Assembly (NCBI GenBank): GCA_051294375.1
Contig: JBJCIZ010000028.1
Coordinates: 1,749,479-1,813,478 of the forward strand
DNA length: 64,000 nucleotides
DNA from: Paraspadella gotoi
Taxonomy: Eukaryota > Animalia > Chaetognatha
Direction: 5' to 3'
Shown here: piece after piece, positions 61,354-64,000 of the stretch
How positions within the stretch are numbered: position 1 is the first letter of the stretch
How the letters are laid out: each line of letters starts with the position of its first letter
The notes under the pieces: generated by a model
The model's database searches: none
Told to the model about the DNA's origin: nothing
Seen by the model: the letters and a program-made list of their open reading frames with translations, nothing else
Position numbers and translations under genes: made by a program

Positions 61354-61731
61354 TCCCCCCCAGACGGAAACATAATAGTTTACGGAACACGTTTGGGCTT
61401 ATTAAAGGTAAGTACTACTAGTCTGAATACTTTAACTAATATATACATAATATATATATAAAATTGTAAAAAAAATGTTTTAATTCACTTCAAATCTAAT
61501 AAACGACGTATTACGGCGTTATAGTTGGGCTTGGTTTGAAGTGTTTATCATTTTTATATGAAAAGTTTGATGGCCTTGGGCGCAAGAAATATTCCCTCGG
61601 TGGGCGTGGCCGTTGACACACTTCCTCTGTTGGCGTTGGGGCCGACAATGGCGCTGGTGAAATAGGGGGAGCGCCGAAAGTGAGTGAGGGTGCGGCGACC
61701 GTGCCCTCGGGGGCATGATTCTTCTCTTTGG

Positions 61732-64000
61732 TAGGATGGATACTATTACTACAGACGAGGGTAAAAAATCAAAAGTGGGGATATATTAAATCTTGTTTAG
61801 ATGTCTTTACTTTCATTTTAGATTGGCAAGTAAATAACACAAATTAATTATACGTCGTGATTAGCGAGTTTTCGATCATGTGTTCAGTTCGACTGAAACA
61901 TGAAATTTGCCCTCCTCCGCGAGATCGCAGATCCTGTTCATTTGTTGAATATGCGCCAAAAAACTTTAAAGCGGGATTAATTGCGAATCTTCCAAAATAC
62001 GTGAAAATAATATTTTGCTTCGAAAATCTTTCTTCTTCGGGGGGAAAAATACTTATTTTTTGGACAATTTCTTATATTACATTAAATAATAATAAGACTT
62101 TCTGATATACATATTCGTTAACAGTGTAAATCTGACTTTTTGTAATAATGTAAAAATTTGAAAATTATTTTTTCCGTATATTTATGTTTTTGCGCCGTGC
62201 GCAGTCTTTCTATTTTATTTCAGGTACGTTTTAAGAAGTAGTCGTAGCGTAGGCATAGTGGGCGGGTTCGTTGGCCAAGGATCGTCATGGCGAAGCCACG
62301 GTACGAGACAAAGAGCAGTGCCATCCATGTCCTGGGAGAAGTCACAATTACGGAGAGAGAAGACTTTTTTCCAACCCCACCACACCGTAATTTTTTTCCC
62401 CTCAACTCTCAAGTAAGTTAAATTTTACAACTCTTTATTAGAATATATATAATATTAATCAAAACATTATATTTTATAGATTTTAGGGCGGTATCTCTCA
62501 ATCGTCAAAGGAGGGTTTGGAACTGCAAGCAAGAATGCGGCAAGTCTTACGATCGCCAAAGAAGTGAAAGCCCTCTGGGAAAAGGCCAACGTACCTTCCA
62601 TTGCTGTCCGTAGTATATCATCAAAGGTTGATAAATTGGTTTCACGGTTTTTAAATTTACGCCGATATAAAAATAAAGAAGCTGTTTTGAGTCAAAAATG
62701 GTTCAAAATTGATTACGAAAATCTAGTCAAAGATATCAATGAGGTGTTTGATATTAAAGTAGGTGAAAATGCTATTAAAGAGTATGAAAAAACTACCGGG
62801 ATTAAATATGGTGAGGAAGAACAGGCTTTCTACCAAGACCAGGTCTCCAAAACCTTCAACATGATGATCGGTAGTGTGGACAAGCAGTGGCTCAGAAAAC
62901 GCGAGGAAAAGGTACAAAGCGAACAAAGAATGGCGGAACGTCAACAGGCTTGGGAGGAAGAAAAGATGGCGTCCTCGTCCGCTTCATCATCTCAGGTTGA
63001 GGAGGTTCTTGGTCCCGAGGAAGCGTCACCTTCAGTTGAGTATGAAGTGGAGGAAAAAACCAATGTTGAAAGAGTAATTCTGACACGTAATAAAAAAAGG
63101 CGTTTAGATGATTATGGCGAAATTCAGACAGAAAAGGCAAATGATCTGAATTTGCAAGTAAGAGAATGTTATAATTATGTTAGAAATGAGGTGTACGATT
63201 TTTTGGTACGATTTATGGCAGAAGCTTCTGCATCAAATCGTCAAGCGTTGCTGGCAGCCAAATATTTTGCCAAGCACATTCTCAGTGTTAATTGGTTGTT
63301 ACCAGAAGAAGCGAGCGCAGAAAAGAGAAAGGCAAAAGAAGAGGGCAGAGTTTTATCTGACGATTTTTTTCTTTACGTTTTGCCCTCAGATACATCCTTA
63401 AATAGAATGCGAGACCAGTATGCAAAGGCCACTGAAAAAAGTGTAGCTCATCTTCTTTTGGATTTAGATGATGACGTCCCCATCACTCATCACGGCGACA
63501 GCACCACGCGAAGTATGACGGGAAAGATCTTCGCTGCGCCTTTGACTGTTGGGGATCGTCAAGTTGTTGCTCTTCCTATCCAAAAGTTAAGTAGTGAAAA
63601 GACGGATGATGTGGCTGATGTGTACCAGTTACAGTATAATAGGATGTCAATTTTAACTGGGGCACCAACAGTAACTTTTTTTGAAAAACTAACAGCTTTT
63701 ATGACCGATTCAGCTTCGGACATGAAATCCTTCATATCTGTATTAAAAAATAGATTTGATACTAATCATGAACCATTTCATATAAAATGTGTTTTGCACA
63801 CGGTTCTTGGATATACGGACACTGAACTTAAAATCATTTCATCTTTAGAACAAAGTATTGGGCCCGATAAAATATTTGGTTCAGCTAAATGTCACGACAA
63901 TTCCAATGTTTGTAAAAGTAGCATTGTTGCGATATTGAAATTAATTTCCCCACAGTACCAACATAAACCTTACAATATGAAAGAAGAGTTTGATGCATTG
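61732..64000 (+). mobile_element. hAT-superfamily (hATm/hATx-like) DNA transposon, left part
   Basis: Candidate TAGG terminus at 61732 upstream of the transposase; partner TIR lies outside the window. Confidence 0.65.
62287..64000 (+). CDS. hAT-type DDE transposase, spliced (62287-62412, 62480->64000), 3' incomplete
   Basis: 67-nt GTAAGT..TAG phase-0 intron; 507 open codons; EVKALWEKANVP, VFDI, FYQDQ..GSVD; THHGDSTT (first D), FMTDSAS (second D), CVLH (CxxH). Confidence 0.88.

Overview
AT-rich, intron-containing animal (probably invertebrate) genomic DNA from a gapped, indel-prone draft assembly; the taxon cannot be fixed from sequence. Host genes: a 7-exon heparanase-like (GH79) gene and a multi-exon Cys-rich single-pass membrane gene on the minus strand (0.2-8.5 kb), two intronless orphan multi-pass membrane ORFs (12-15 kb), and a cluster at 16.8-28.7 kb in which a small two-zinc-finger gene has a paralog fused to a Ty3/gypsy Gag capsid C-terminal half, plus a reshuffled chimeric Gag ORF. 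The rest is mostly mobile DNA: a back-to-back pair of TTAA Kolobok-like elements, many Helentron-associated (HINE/DINE-1-like) copies, tRNA-like SINE copies, Penelope-type hammerhead remnants, degenerate TTAGGG-like blocks, a 4.3-kb 13-bp satellite, a Ty3/gypsy element (AGT...ACT LTR, full-length antisense tRNA-like sequence at its PBS, OTU-like domain between RNase H and integrase), an opposite-strand LTR, and an uninterrupted spliced hAT-type transposase running off the end. All family assignments are by eye from motifs; no searches were run.
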